Shown: piece after piece, positions 9,108 to 19,965 of the stretch
Position numbering within the stretch: the stretch's first letter is position 1
How the letters are laid out: each line of letters starts with the position of its first letter
DNA from: Tetramitus jugosus
Taxonomy: Eukaryota; Protista; Heterolobosea
Assembly: GCA_937625935.1 (NCBI GenBank)
Contig: OW569383.1
Coordinates: forward strand, 248,001-312,000
Direction of reading: 5' to 3'
DNA length: 64,000 nucleotides
Made by a program: the position numbers and the translations under genes
The notes under the pieces: model-generated
What the model was told of the DNA's origin: nothing
Databases searched by the model: none
The model's input: the letters and a program-made list of their open reading frames with translations, nothing else

Positions 9108-11780
9108 TTACAATCCTGTTGCATCAGGCGAGTTCTTCAATTTAGAGTGAATCCCAGATGTTAGGACAGAGTGAGTGTCGTGTGCATCGTCAGTGTGGTG
9201 CGTAGCCTCCCTTCTCTTTCGATCACATAACCACATTAAATTATTGAGGGTATTCACAATCTCATTCATCTCGACAATGGTTCCTGCCTCCCAATACAAT
9301 GTTTCATCGTCAAACACAGTAGTGAAACTCAGGGGCTTCAATGGATTAGTTGTTACACTCAATAATGTTTCAATTGGTCTCTCAGGTCTTCTCGTCTTGG
9401 CAGGCAAACCCAAAAAGTTATAAGCTGCATGATTATATGGCAACTTGTTATAGATTTTCTTATCATCAATTGCAAATATACGCTCCTGCCTTCGTCCATA
9501 CTTGTTGATCTTAATCACTGAATACTCTCGATACTCTGTAGGCATAAAGGTGGGAATGTAGAATCTCATATCCTTTTCTCGCTTTTGTTTGATATCTGCT
9601 CGATTCGGTGACGCTCTACCAATGTCGGACACAACATCCTGTGAATTGTTGTCTGTGACATGAACACTGGCAAATATGGAAACATTCGACCGTAACTCCT
9701 TCATACTGCGTCTGCCTATTACTTTTGTAATATTGCTTCGACTAGGTGTGTTGCTGTCTCCGAGTTGTACTTCAACAGAGTATTGTTCTGGCTGGGCCTT
9801 ATCCTTCTTTGGAGATGCATCGTTATTCTCCGGTTGTCGTTGCTGCTGCTGTACAACTCCCTCTTTCTCTTCATTCAAATTACTGTCTGTCTTGGATGCT
9901 TCTGCCAGCAGCAACTTGCGCCGTATAAATTTCTCAATATCTCGCACTAACATATCCGGAGCAAACACTTGATACAACTCTCGAGTAGCACCATCACATG
10001 ATAAAACAACTCGTATCCGAATATCTTGAATAAAGTTAAGCTTTGGTATCTCACTTCGCTCATAGAATAACCGATTCACCGACAAATAATTGTCTATAGG
10101 AGCAATCACAAACCGTGTAATTGGCAGTTTTGACAAGATGATACTATCTAGATTGATATCAATCTTTGGATACTCGTAATCAATGCATCCACTCTCCTCT
10201 GCAGCGTGCAATGCATAGGAAGATGGAGAGTCATTAATCGGTTGCATATTGGTCTCAATTGTGTATCGTTGAAGTGCATCTCTCACCAAAGATCTCATAA
10301 ACACATTCTGTGGTGCCATTAGTTTTACACGATGAACACCTTGAGTCCGATGAGGAACAAAGATGGAAACTTGTCTCAACTTGTCTTTTGCATGGTTGTT
10401 CATAATACTATCGAACTGAGTTTTGAGGAGACCTTTGACTTGACCTGCATACCGCTGTGATTCCGATGATTTTACACTCTTTGAATTGTGCTTCTTGAAC
10501 TGTGCGCTCTGAACAAACAAATCATCCAATTTTCGCTTCTTTTTCTTCATTGGAGATGTCTGCTGCAGTGGAGGCGCCTTATTCTGTTGTTGCATTTGCT
10601 GTTTCTGCTGTTGTTTCTCATTCATCGATTGAATGTTTGACGGAGATGATGAAAGCAAGTCTGGCGGTCCATCATTCACATGTTTCATTGATTCTTCATG
10701 CCTTGAGTGACCATTGTTCGTTATCGTCGTTGATACTACTTCATCAAATAAATCTTCATTTGCTCCCGGAGGTGAAAAACTAGCTTTGAATCTCCTTCGT
10801 TTCGTTGAAAAATAACTTGGATCACTCACTTTACGCCTTGGCGTTTGTTGTTGTCTCTTGGGTGATGAAACAATGTTGGGCAGTAATTGTGTAGCTGTTA
10901 AGCTATATTGAATCGGTTGAAGTCTCCTACTACTACTATTATTATTATTATTATTGTTAATACCAGTATTATTGTTATTACTACTACTGTGAAGAGGTAT
11001 ATTTCGATGATGATGATGATTGTTGTTATTATTGGATGTATTTACATGGTTAGTTGTAGTTGAAGTTGTAGTAGGAGTATTAGGAGTAGTAGTGTTAGTG
11101 GTGGTGGTAGTGGTGGTGGTGTTGAGAGTGGAGTGATCCAAATCGACACTTCTCCATCGCTTGTGCAAATTAATTTTGGCACGTAATCGTTGAATGTGCG
11201 AAGGATGGGGGTTTGCAGCTGTAGCAGTTGAAGATGGAGGTGGCGGCGTTATTGTCGAAGTCGTAGTGGAAAAGGCGGCAATAGTTTCGTTTGGAAAAAC
11301 AGACGGTGGTGCCAATGTTTGATTGTTTCGATTCATTCCAACAGCTGTCGTAATCGACGAATTTTTGGCGCCAAAAAGAGTTCGATCTCCGGTAGCGGCA
11401 ATTGTTTCCCTCGTTGTCGGAATCATATCAACAACCATTGATGGATAATGATTGTTCTGAACAACCTGTTGTTGTTGATGTTGATGTTGCTGTGATTGTT
11501 GTCTGAGCTGTTGAGTATACAAGTGATCCATATCCTCATGTTCAAACAAGTCAAAATCAAAATCATCATCATCCTCAAATTCATCATCTGAATGATCTGG
11601 TGCTGCACCACCATAATCCAAATCCATCAATGTTGAACCATACTGATGATGATGATGATTTTCATCGTCATTGTCGCTGAAATAGCTAAAATTAAAATTA
11701 AGTTTTTTGTTATTATTGTTGTTATTGTTATTGTTGTTGTTGGGTCGACCACTGAAATCTGGTCTATTGAAACAAAACAT
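9108..11780 (-). CDS. SIN1: TORC2 subunit SIN1/Avo1-like protein (CRIM plus C-terminal PH domain; low-complexity N-terminus)
   Basis: CRIM-like YALHAAEESGCIDYEYPKID; PH-like EYSVIKINKYGRRQERIFAIDDKKIYN...EIVNTLN. Confidence 0.72.
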   Translation of the reverse strand: MFCFNRPDFSGRPNNNNNNNNNNNKKLNFNFSYFSDNDDENHHHHQYGSTLMDLDYGGAAPDHSDDEFEDDDDFDFDLFEHEDMDHLYTQQLRQQSQQHQHQQQQVVQNNHYPSMVVDMIPTTRETIAATGDRTLFGAKNSSITTAVGMNRNNQTLAPPSVFPNETIAAFSTTTSTITPPPPSSTATAANPHPSHIQRLRAKINLHKRWRSVDLDHSTLNTTTTTTTTNTTTPNTPTTTSTTTNHVNTSNNNNNHHHHRNIPLHSSSNNNNTGINNNNNNNSSSRRLQPIQYSLTATQLLPNIVSSPKRQQQTPRRKVSDPSYFSTKRRRFKASFSPPGANEDLFDEVVSTTITNNGHSRHEESMKHVNDGPPDLLSSSPSNIQSMNEKQQQKQQMQQQNKAPPLQQTSPMKKKKRKLDDLFVQSAQFKKHNSKSVKSSESQRYAGQVKGLLKTQFDSIMNNHAKDKLRQVSIFVPHRTQGVHRVKLMAPQNVFMRSLVRDALQRYTIETNMQPINDSPSSYALHAAEESGCIDYEYPKIDINLDSIILSKLPITRFVIAPIDNYLSVNRLFYERSEIPKLNFIQDIRIRVVLSCDGATRELYQVFAPDMLVRDIEKFIRRKLLLAEASKTDSNLNEEKEGVVQQQQRQPENNDASPKKDKAQPEQYSVEVQLGDSNTPSRSNITKVIGRRSMKELRSNVSIFASVHVTDNNSQDVVSDIGRASPNRADIKQKREKDMRFYIPTFMPTEYREYSVIKINKYGRRQERIFAIDDKKIYNKLPYNHAAYNFLGLPAKTRRPERPIETLLSVTTNPLKPLSFTTVFDDETLYWEAGTIVEMNEIVNTLNNLMWLCDRKRREATHHTDDAHDTHSVLTSGIHSKLKNSPDATGL

Positions 11781-12356
11781 GTCAATGTTTTTTCTTGTAA
11801 AAAATTGTTTTTGTCGTTGTTTGTTGTTTGTTGAGAGTGTTCTCCGAGTTTTTTTGGCTTCTGTGATCCGCGAAATTGGACATGTTCCCGTTTTTGTGTC
11901 GCTCGTTGTTCTTCGTGTTCCTTTCTCTCATTCCGTTGTCGATTTTCACACAGATCTGGTTTTGTCACAATACTTTGTCACAATGAATTGTAATTCGGTT
12001 GTTGTCTGACCGTATGAATCGTTCACTGCCTCGGAAGAACATTATCCTTGATTTGTCACGGAGTTCGTCGGTCTTTACGTTTTTTGAACAGTTCGGCGAA
12101 TTTTGCCAAACAGGTTCATACGCATGCCCTAGAATGGGCGGTCAACTGCTGACATCCAATATTTTTGCAACCAACATTGATTCTGTTGTTGCATTACGTG
12201 TGGGACAGCACCACTGGACAGTGAGAGAGCTATAGTTCTTCCCCTCAACAAAAAAAGACCTCATTCCAACCATTATTAACCCAAGCAACAACCAATCCCA
12301 ATTGTAAATTCCCCCTATACCTCGAACCATAAATCCAACCATTAACATATCCAAAT

Positions 12357-12926
12357 ATGAACGCCAGAAATATTGTCCAACTCGCAGCTCGTAGAGCTAC
12401 CGTCTCCAGAAAGCCATCATCCCTAACTCTTCTCCAAAGTGTCGGAGCGAACCAAAATGTTCTCTTCAAGAGCTTTATCAATCAAGCAAAGTTCGGAGCT
12501 ACCCAGTTCCGAAGCGTCGCCATCGAAACAAAGAGAAACAATCCTGGTTATTTGGATTCACTGTACGGTGAATACGAAGATCCAAATTACAAGCTCGACA
12601 ACAAGCCAGAAGAGTTCAGACAAGGTGAATTCTTTTACTATGTGTCGGACTTTGGTATCATGATTCTATGCGTGCCAACCATTTCTGCTATCCTATTGTG
12701 CTTCTCCATGCTTACTTGGTATACTTTCTTTGATAGTCAATCTCAGATCTTGAGAGATGATCCTTTGAAGATGTTTGGATTCAACAGTGGAGCTGATTTG
12801 CACGAGACTAGAAATCCAATTCTCATGTGGGCTTATCCTTTCGGAGCTCATGTCGACCGAAAGATTCATTTCTACTATGAGATCCAAGATGCCATCAGCA
12901 GAAAGAAGTCTACCACCAACCAATAA
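12357..12926 (+). CDS. Probable mitochondrial single-pass membrane protein (possibly NDUFA4/B12D-like)
   Basis: Arg/Ser-rich, acid-free N-terminal presequence; one TM helix (FGIMILCVPTISAILLCFSMLTWYTFF). Family call is weak. Confidence 0.6.
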   Translation: MNARNIVQLAARRATVSRKPSSLTLLQSVGANQNVLFKSFINQAKFGATQFRSVAIETKRNNPGYLDSLYGEYEDPNYKLDNKPEEFRQGEFFYYVSDFGIMILCVPTISAILLCFSMLTWYTFFDSQSQILRDDPLKMFGFNSGADLHETRNPILMWAYPFGAHVDRKIHFYYEIQDAISRKKSTTNQ

Positions 12927-13077
12927 GCACAACCTGCAGAAAGAATTCAAAAATCTTCAACAACAACAAAATAAACTCTTTGGAGGGATCACGATCAACA
13001 ACAAAACAACGTCGTGTCGAGAAAAGAGAAACTTGCTTTTTTTGATTGTACAACAAAACTCAAACAACCTCAAGAAA

Positions 13078-14463
13078 ATGAAGCGACAGAGAAGAGAGTG
13101 TGCCATTCGTGCAGACGAATCACGCAAACACCTCATTCAAGAATTTCTGCTCATTGATCCACTTCATCTCCACTCTTCTTCTTCATCTGTCTCTCAAGAC
13201 TCTGAAATTTCCAATATTCGTCGAAAGAGCACGGGTACAGTCGATGAAAAACAACAATTTGTGTTTAAACAAAAGAGAGTTGTCAAGAGAAGGAGATCAA
13301 CCAATGATGATGATCATCATCACCATCAGACGCAAATCGGTCAAGTCAATGTTGAAGAAGTTGTTGATTCTGTGAAAAAGGAGAATCATAATTCGAGTGA
13401 GTCGTTGTTGTTGGCTCAGAATGATTTCAACAATAGTGAAAATGTTGAAAATGTTGAAGGAGGAGAAGGTGACAATGTTGATGGTAATGATGAGATGATT
13501 GCAAATTTTGATGGAAATTTTGATGGAAAGGATGCCATGGATGATGATGATGAATACCATGAAGAGAATGATTCTTCTGAAGATGATTATTCGTTTAGTG
13601 AAGAAGAAGAAGATGAAGATATCAAAGATGAAGAAGATGAAGAAAAGGAGGATGAGCAGCAAGAGGTTTCTGTCATTAGGCGGAGAGTCGTTCGAAGAGA
13701 TCGTTCTCGCACAAGAAAAGTACAAAAAGTAGGAAGAGCTACAAAATATGTTCAAGTAAAGAAAAACGAGTCGGTGGAGCAAACATTGATCAATGGTCAA
13801 AATAATGCTGATTTGTCAAAACAAGCGAATGGAGAGACAGAAGAGACAAACAACGAGAATGAACAAGAAAAGGATGAAAAATTGAGAAGGTCGACGCGAC
13901 GGAAAACAGTTTGTAGTAAGCTCAGATTTGACCGGTATTTAGACGGTGATGAAGATCAAGTAACGACTGATCAACAAAAGTATTATGTAGCTGATTCATT
14001 GTCTGGTTTAAGGCAAAAAATTCAAACAAGATTCGAAGCTCCTTTAACTGCAGGTCACGTTTCGAATTCAAAGGGCAGTGGTGTATTTGCAAAGTCATTG
14101 ATTACTCGTGGTTCATTTGTCTGTGAGTACTCTGGTGAGTTAATTACAAACAAGCAAGCAAAACAAAGAGAAGAAAAGTATGCATTGGCACACAAGGGCT
14201 GCTTCATGTTTTATTTCAATACGAGCTCTAAAATAATGTGTATTGATGCAACGGATGAGAACTTTTGTTTTGGTCATGGCAGGCTGATCAATCATCGTAT
14301 TGAACCGAACAATAACCTGTTTCCAAAGAAGGTGATGCTGGATAGTGTACCACACATTGTTTATATTGCTGCTAGGGATATCAAAGCAGGTGAGGAACTT
14401 TGCTTTGATTATGGAGATCGGAGGCAGGAAACAGTAGAGGCTTTCCCTTGGTTGCTCAACTAG
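13078..14463 (+). CDS. SET8: SET8/PR-Set7 (KMT5A)-like histone H4K20 methyltransferase
   Basis: KGSGVFA...FVCEYSGELI...REEKY...GCFMFYF...CIDAT...GRLINH...DIKAGEELCFDYGDR...PWL. First ATG at 13078; the ORF-track start overlaps the upstream gene. Confidence 0.88.
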   Translation: MKRQRRECAIRADESRKHLIQEFLLIDPLHLHSSSSSVSQDSEISNIRRKSTGTVDEKQQFVFKQKRVVKRRRSTNDDDHHHHQTQIGQVNVEEVVDSVKKENHNSSESLLLAQNDFNNSENVENVEGGEGDNVDGNDEMIANFDGNFDGKDAMDDDDEYHEENDSSEDDYSFSEEEEDEDIKDEEDEEKEDEQQEVSVIRRRVVRRDRSRTRKVQKVGRATKYVQVKKNESVEQTLINGQNNADLSKQANGETEETNNENEQEKDEKLRRSTRRKTVCSKLRFDRYLDGDEDQVTTDQQKYYVADSLSGLRQKIQTRFEAPLTAGHVSNSKGSGVFAKSLITRGSFVCEYSGELITNKQAKQREEKYALAHKGCFMFYFNTSSKIMCIDATDENFCFGHGRLINHRIEPNNNLFPKKVMLDSVPHIVYIAARDIKAGEELCFDYGDRRQETVEAFPWLLN

Positions 14464-14781
14464 AGATGGTGAGCTGTAGATCCACACGAATTTTTGTCAC
14501 AGATCGGAGAATCTTGATTCAGCGGATTTTTATATCAAAGATATTCATGATTCGTGTCATCACCGCGGAATCTTTCAGAGCGATTTTCAACAGTCATCTG
14601 ACAGAAACGACGTGTGTGCTGAACATGCTCTCTCCCAAGGCACGCGAGAAGCACTTCCCCAAAAAAAACCCTCGATATCGTCCACAAAAACAGTCTCCCA
14701 AAACAAAAGGAACAAACACTTTACACGAAACAAACACTCTACTAACAACGAAACAAACAACTTTGACATCATAAAAAAAAC

Positions 14782-17700
14782 ATGATGCGAAAAAGCGCTA
14801 CCAACAAAAATTACTCTACGGATCACAGCTCTCTGCTGGATTTTGACGACGTGGAGTCTTTTTCGACTCCACCACCCAAAAACTCCAATTCTCAACAACA
14901 ACAAACTACACCACGAAACTCCTCCACTGACTCCCCTCTTCCCTCCAATCGTGCCGTCATGACTGGCGAAGAAATTAATTTCTCCGATGGTTTTAATACT
15001 CCGTCAAAAAACACCATTTCTAGAACATCTCTCGATTTCAACAACAATAATAATAACAATAATAATGCGAATATGACCAATCGATTAAGATCACCAAGTG
15101 CCGCTTCCATGTCTCCTGCAGCTCATACTAATGGTATTCGAACTGGACTCAGTCGATCAGTCAGTGAAAGTGTCAGTATTTCAGGCTTTACTAATAATCA
15201 AAGTGGAAGTGGTGGTAATATCACACCAAGAAGTCAATCATCATCATCAAACAGTGCAACACCAAGCACACCAACAACACCTGTTATTTTGGGAGGTGGA
15301 CTCAGTCGATCGACATCCAATCACAGTCACTTGAATTACTCTTCTGAACAACAAGCTCATCCTCCTCCGCATGCTTCTCCTCGATCGTCACTTTCAAGTC
15401 CTGCACCTTCGACGTCATCATCGACATTATCCACTGAAAAACTCAAGGGTTTCATGAAGGGCTTCGGTTCTGCATTTACAAAGGCCAAACAACCAACCAA
15501 TGAAGTCAATGGTGGCAACATTGGAAATGGAGAGAGTGATTTATCACCACAAGATTTAATTCGACAATTGAAACAACAATTGATTGAAAAGGAGAAACAA
15601 ATTAAGGACTTTAAAGAATTCTCCGCTTTGGAACAAGAAAATAAGGTGCTTATTATGCAACAATTGTCCGATTTGGAGAGTGAAAAGAAAAAGAATGAAA
15701 AGGATATACGGGTGTACAGGCAAAAATTGGAGGACAAGGAATTGGTGACGCGAAAGAATGTGGATCAATTGAAGGAGATGGATTTGTTGAATCAGAAATT
15801 GACACTCGAATTGAGTCAGACAAAGCAAGAATTGACTAAAAAGTCGGATGATTTGAGAAATGTCATGCAACAAGTGTTTCTGTTGAAGAATAGTGCTCGG
15901 GAGGTGGTTGATTTGGAAGATGAAAAGAAGGAAGAGTTGAACATTGCAAAGAGCAGTGCTGCTTCGTTGCAGAAAAAGGTAGAGTCGTTGGAGTCGCAGA
16001 TTGACAAGCTGAACACTGAGATTCAATCAATAAACAAGAAGAACAGGGAAGAGTTGGATCGGTTGCACAAGAATCATGCAGCGGATATACGATCGTTGAA
16101 TGAAGAGTACAAGTCAAGTGCAAAGGAATCCGAGTCTCGATTGATGGCCAAAATGAAGCAATTGGAAGATGAAAAGGCGCAACAACAAAAAACCATGGCC
16201 GAATTGAATCAAAAGATTGAAGATTTGGAGCAGATCAAATCCAAGTATATCATGCTCACGGGTGAACAATCAGAGAGTGTTCATTTGATTCAAACTCTTG
16301 AAGATCAGATTTCTCAGTTGCAGAATCAGAGAAATGAGTTGCAGGACAGCAAGTCTACATTGGAGATGAATGTGGCATCTCTGACAGAAAGCAACACGAA
16401 TCAATCACAAGAGATTGAAAAGTTGAATGAGCAGTTGAAGCAGATTGAGAGTGATTCACAAGAGAAATTGGACAGTGTATCTCAGGATTATGAGTCAAAG
16501 ATTGCCAGTCTGACAACTGAGCACGAAGAATATGTGACTCAATTGAAGTCCACACAAGAGAGCAAGATTGCTGAACTAAAGGAGGAGTCAGAGAACAAGG
16601 TTTCTTCTCTAACAAGCAAGTTTGAATCAAAGATTCAATCCATTAATGAGAGCTCTGCTCAACACATGGAACAGATCACTAGTCAGTTCGAAGAGCAGAT
16701 TGTGACATTGAACACCAAGATTGACTCGCTCACTGAAACTCTATCTGAGACTCAGCAGAAGAATAGTCAGTTGACGCAAGAGCTTCACGATGCACAAACA
16801 GAGGCCTCCAATCTGAAGGTTCAACTGAACCAAGCTATCACTGAGGCTGAACAGACATCAAAGGATTTGAATGAAAAGCTCTCTGATCTCGTTGCCTCTA
16901 GCGAGGAGTCCAAGGCTCAAAGTATCTCCAAGATTCAAGAGCTCGAAGAACGTATCACATCTCTGGAGAGCGACTTGTCCACAAGTCAATCTCACGCAAG
17001 TAACCTGCAGACACAAGTCAATGTCGCTCGCGAAGAGATTGAGTCTATGCGAATCGCCGAGGAAACCTACACAAAGAGAATCAATGACTTGGCAAACTTG
17101 AATCAGGATTACAAGAACAAGAATGCACACTTGCGTGATACGTTGGCCAGCAAGCAACAAGAATTTGAAGAGGCACAAGCAGAGTTGAAGAACAGAATGG
17201 AACAATCGATTGTTGACTACGAGGACAAGATCACAAAACTGACTGAAGAGAGTCAACACGAGATTCGTACACTCCAAGGACAAAATACCTCGTTGGTTGT
17301 AGAGCTCGAGCAGACTCAAACAAGATGCAATGAACAAATTCAGCAAATGAAGCAAGAATTGGCCACTATGCGATCAGATCTTGCAAGTGTAACAGATAGT
17401 CTCAATATTAAGGAGGCCCAGATTGACAGAGTGAACACATTGCTCCAGAAGGCTCAAAACAAATCTGAGAAGCTCACTGAGGAATTAACAAAGGCAAAGA
17501 GCAAGTTTGAGTTTGCGACTCAATCTTTGGCTCTTCTCAGGAAGGAATCTGAATCCATCAAGAAGAGCTTCACTGCTGAGGTAACCAAAGCACATAGCAT
17601 GTTCAATGACTTGAGCAGAGAACTGAACAGTCCAAGGGCTGGTTTGCAAGCCCTTCTCAGAAAGGAGAAGGACAAGGAGAGAATGGAACGATTGGAAGGA

Positions 17701-17856
17701 GAGAAGAGATTCTTGGCAACGACAATAGAAAATTCGAGAAGACAGACTGCAATCTCAATTGAGAAGATTGATGTGCTTGTTGACCTTGTTTTCTCATTGG
17801 TTGAAGGATTGAAGCTCGAACCCGACACAAACGAAGACTCAGAACAAAATTTGTAA
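14782..17856 (+). CDS. Long coiled-coil protein with Ser/Pro-rich N-terminus
   Basis: 1024-aa ORF; about 750 aa of E/K/Q/L heptad-like sequence. Confidence 0.85.
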   Translation: MMRKSATNKNYSTDHSSLLDFDDVESFSTPPPKNSNSQQQQTTPRNSSTDSPLPSNRAVMTGEEINFSDGFNTPSKNTISRTSLDFNNNNNNNNNANMTNRLRSPSAASMSPAAHTNGIRTGLSRSVSESVSISGFTNNQSGSGGNITPRSQSSSSNSATPSTPTTPVILGGGLSRSTSNHSHLNYSSEQQAHPPPHASPRSSLSSPAPSTSSSTLSTEKLKGFMKGFGSAFTKAKQPTNEVNGGNIGNGESDLSPQDLIRQLKQQLIEKEKQIKDFKEFSALEQENKVLIMQQLSDLESEKKKNEKDIRVYRQKLEDKELVTRKNVDQLKEMDLLNQKLTLELSQTKQELTKKSDDLRNVMQQVFLLKNSAREVVDLEDEKKEELNIAKSSAASLQKKVESLESQIDKLNTEIQSINKKNREELDRLHKNHAADIRSLNEEYKSSAKESESRLMAKMKQLEDEKAQQQKTMAELNQKIEDLEQIKSKYIMLTGEQSESVHLIQTLEDQISQLQNQRNELQDSKSTLEMNVASLTESNTNQSQEIEKLNEQLKQIESDSQEKLDSVSQDYESKIASLTTEHEEYVTQLKSTQESKIAELKEESENKVSSLTSKFESKIQSINESSAQHMEQITSQFEEQIVTLNTKIDSLTETLSETQQKNSQLTQELHDAQTEASNLKVQLNQAITEAEQTSKDLNEKLSDLVASSEESKAQSISKIQELEERITSLESDLSTSQSHASNLQTQVNVAREEIESMRIAEETYTKRINDLANLNQDYKNKNAHLRDTLASKQQEFEEAQAELKNRMEQSIVDYEDKITKLTEESQHEIRTLQGQNTSLVVELEQTQTRCNEQIQQMKQELATMRSDLASVTDSLNIKEAQIDRVNTLLQKAQNKSEKLTEELTKAKSKFEFATQSLALLRKESESIKKSFTAEVTKAHSMFNDLSRELNSPRAGLQALLRKEKDKERMERLEGEKRFLATTIENSRRQTAISIEKIDVLVDLVFSLVEGLKLEPDTNEDSEQNL

Positions 17857-18187
17857 AATCATATGCTCATAAATTATTTATCCACTGGTTACAATTTACT
17901 TTTATTAAAGTGCAACAAATCCTGTAAAAAATTTCTTCTGATGCTGTGAGAGCAAGTTCCTTCTTTGCGTAAGTGGAGATTGCCAAGTACCCATACTCAT
18001 CTCAGCAGTTTTTGTAATTGAGATTCAATTGTGCTTGGTTCGTTGAACAAGGCGAACAAGAGTTGAAAAGCCTATTGATCATCATTTGTTTACTAGCTCC
18101 TGGAGGGAGAACAGAATTCACACGTGGTTCAACGAGTGTCCTTTGGGGGTCGCATACATAATTGAGCAACGGTCGGCACGCGCACAA

Positions 18188-19816
18188 TTAGGGTCTTTCT
18201 TCGGCACAAAGGGCACATCGACATGTTATGTTGAAAGAATCCAATATCCGGCATCTGTCTTTGTAGCTCGCATCTGGAACACAATAAGACAAGGTAACTT
18301 CATCTCCCTTTTTAATCTGTGCTGAAGCTCGTACAAACATCATGTCACCGATCGTATGCTTGCGAGTGTTAGAGACACATGAGTGATTAAAGAAAGATGG
18401 CTCGATCCAGATACCACATCCCTCTTGATTCTTAGTGGTCGGTTCTAGTTCAAATGCATTAAAGGCAACGATAGCCCGGACTTTCTCAACATCCACTCCG
18501 ATACTTTTTACATCGGATAGACGGTCAGACATATCAATCCTCTCACCATCATATAGCTGATAAATGATTTCTTTCAATTGTGGTTCTGATTTTAAGCGTT
18601 GGGTTATCAGAGTGACCAATTCTGTTTGAGCATGATGATACATGGTTCTTCCTGACCAATCAAATGTCATAGATGAGATTTTGTCCCCATATGATATCTC
18701 AAATGCCTTGCTTGCCATTAGCAGAGTACCTTCTTCTATAGCTTCAGTAGCCACAAGTCCCATACCTTTTCCTTCAACATATTCTCTACGTAAGTGGGGA
18801 TGAGAAAAATCTGCATGATCAAGTCTAGGTGATTCCTTTGAAAGTGATTCTTCATGGATTTTCCTAAAATTATATGATCCAGATTGTTCTTGGATCGATT
18901 GTTTAGCAATGATTAACGATTGGAGAAACTCTTTGTTCTGAGGTGCTTTCCGAATTCCCCTTTGAAGAACAGCAACTTCTTCGTCGTACCTTTTCAATCC
19001 ATGAAGGGCCTTTGCTTTCCTATACATGGCTTTCAAGTCGTTAGGATCGATATCAAGTACTCTTTCAGCATCTGAAAGCGCATTGTACCATTGTCTCAAA
19101 TGGGCATATACCAAACTTCTATTTGACAGAATAACAACATGTTTGTCATCAATAGAAAGAGCTCTGTTGTATAATTCTATCGCTGAATCATAATCCTTAT
19201 TTTTGAAACACTCATTACCTTGTTGTTTAAGCTTCTCTACTTGATCGTTCATGGGTTCTGACGGGGAGTGACCCTCGAAAATTTCCTTCAAGAGAGGATC
19301 GTTCTCCTTCAGCAGACAAATATTGCATGGGTTGTCGCATCTGATAAGCCTCAATCCGTCTGTAGCAATCTTGTAATAGGGGTCCTTAATGATCAACATA
19401 GTTCCATTTGGAATTAAGTGACTCAAATCAGAACAAATTCCAGAATGGTGACTGTAGTTGTACAGAGAGAGCTTCTCGACTGCACCATTTCTATCTTCAA
19501 TAATCAAACTAATGGCTGTCATCTTGAATGGTTGTGCGATACTGCGACAAAGAAGATATCTTCCCTTGTGAACATGATTGAGCACTAACTCATCTATTGT
19601 AATTGGTTTCAGATCCTTGAAGTGGGTTGAGGAGGCACGTAACGCGTTGTTATCTGCGTTCGACATTTGAACTGAGTGTCTATTCTTGCCTAGTGCATAC
19701 TTGACAGACTCGAGTGCAGAGTAATGCTGCTTTAACATCTCCTTTTTACTGCTTCGTTCGCCCATTTTGGCGTAGTTCACAGTGAATTCCTGAATAAGCT
19801 TCTCAAAAGTTTTCAT
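18188..19816 (-). CDS. TPR plus SET domain protein (SMYD-like lysine methyltransferase)
   Basis: TPR LKQQGNECFKNKDYDSAIELY; SET GKGMGLVAT, SFFNHSCVSN, GDEVTLSY; post-SET CRCALC. Confidence 0.88.
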   Translation of the reverse strand: MKTFEKLIQEFTVNYAKMGERSSKKEMLKQHYSALESVKYALGKNRHSVQMSNADNNALRASSTHFKDLKPITIDELVLNHVHKGRYLLCRSIAQPFKMTAISLIIEDRNGAVEKLSLYNYSHHSGICSDLSHLIPNGTMLIIKDPYYKIATDGLRLIRCDNPCNICLLKENDPLLKEIFEGHSPSEPMNDQVEKLKQQGNECFKNKDYDSAIELYNRALSIDDKHVVILSNRSLVYAHLRQWYNALSDAERVLDIDPNDLKAMYRKAKALHGLKRYDEEVAVLQRGIRKAPQNKEFLQSLIIAKQSIQEQSGSYNFRKIHEESLSKESPRLDHADFSHPHLRREYVEGKGMGLVATEAIEEGTLLMASKAFEISYGDKISSMTFDWSGRTMYHHAQTELVTLITQRLKSEPQLKEIIYQLYDGERIDMSDRLSDVKSIGVDVEKVRAIVAFNAFELEPTTKNQEGCGIWIEPSFFNHSCVSNTRKHTIGDMMFVRASAQIKKGDEVTLSYCVPDASYKDRCRILDSFNITCRCALCAEERP

Positions 19817-19965
19817 TCTTTTGTTTTTTTGTAGTTGATTGTTGTTCGAGACTGAAGTTTGCTTCTGAACTGGAAACGGACAATAATTGAATTGATGACG
19901 GGTCCTTCAAAAATCGAAGGAGGGGTAATTTATACCTTGTTTAAAATAAGATCAGACGGGCCCGT

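Noticed and set aside
10930-11120. Trinucleotide runs (AAC/AAT/ACT/CAA) here and in the Myb, ABCG and coiled-coil genes
   Set aside because: They encode ordinary poly-N/T/Q low-complexity tracts within ORFs.
12775-13077. ORF-track N-terminal extension of the SET8 ORF
   Set aside because: Starts at a non-ATG codon inside the upstream gene; the first ATG is 13078.
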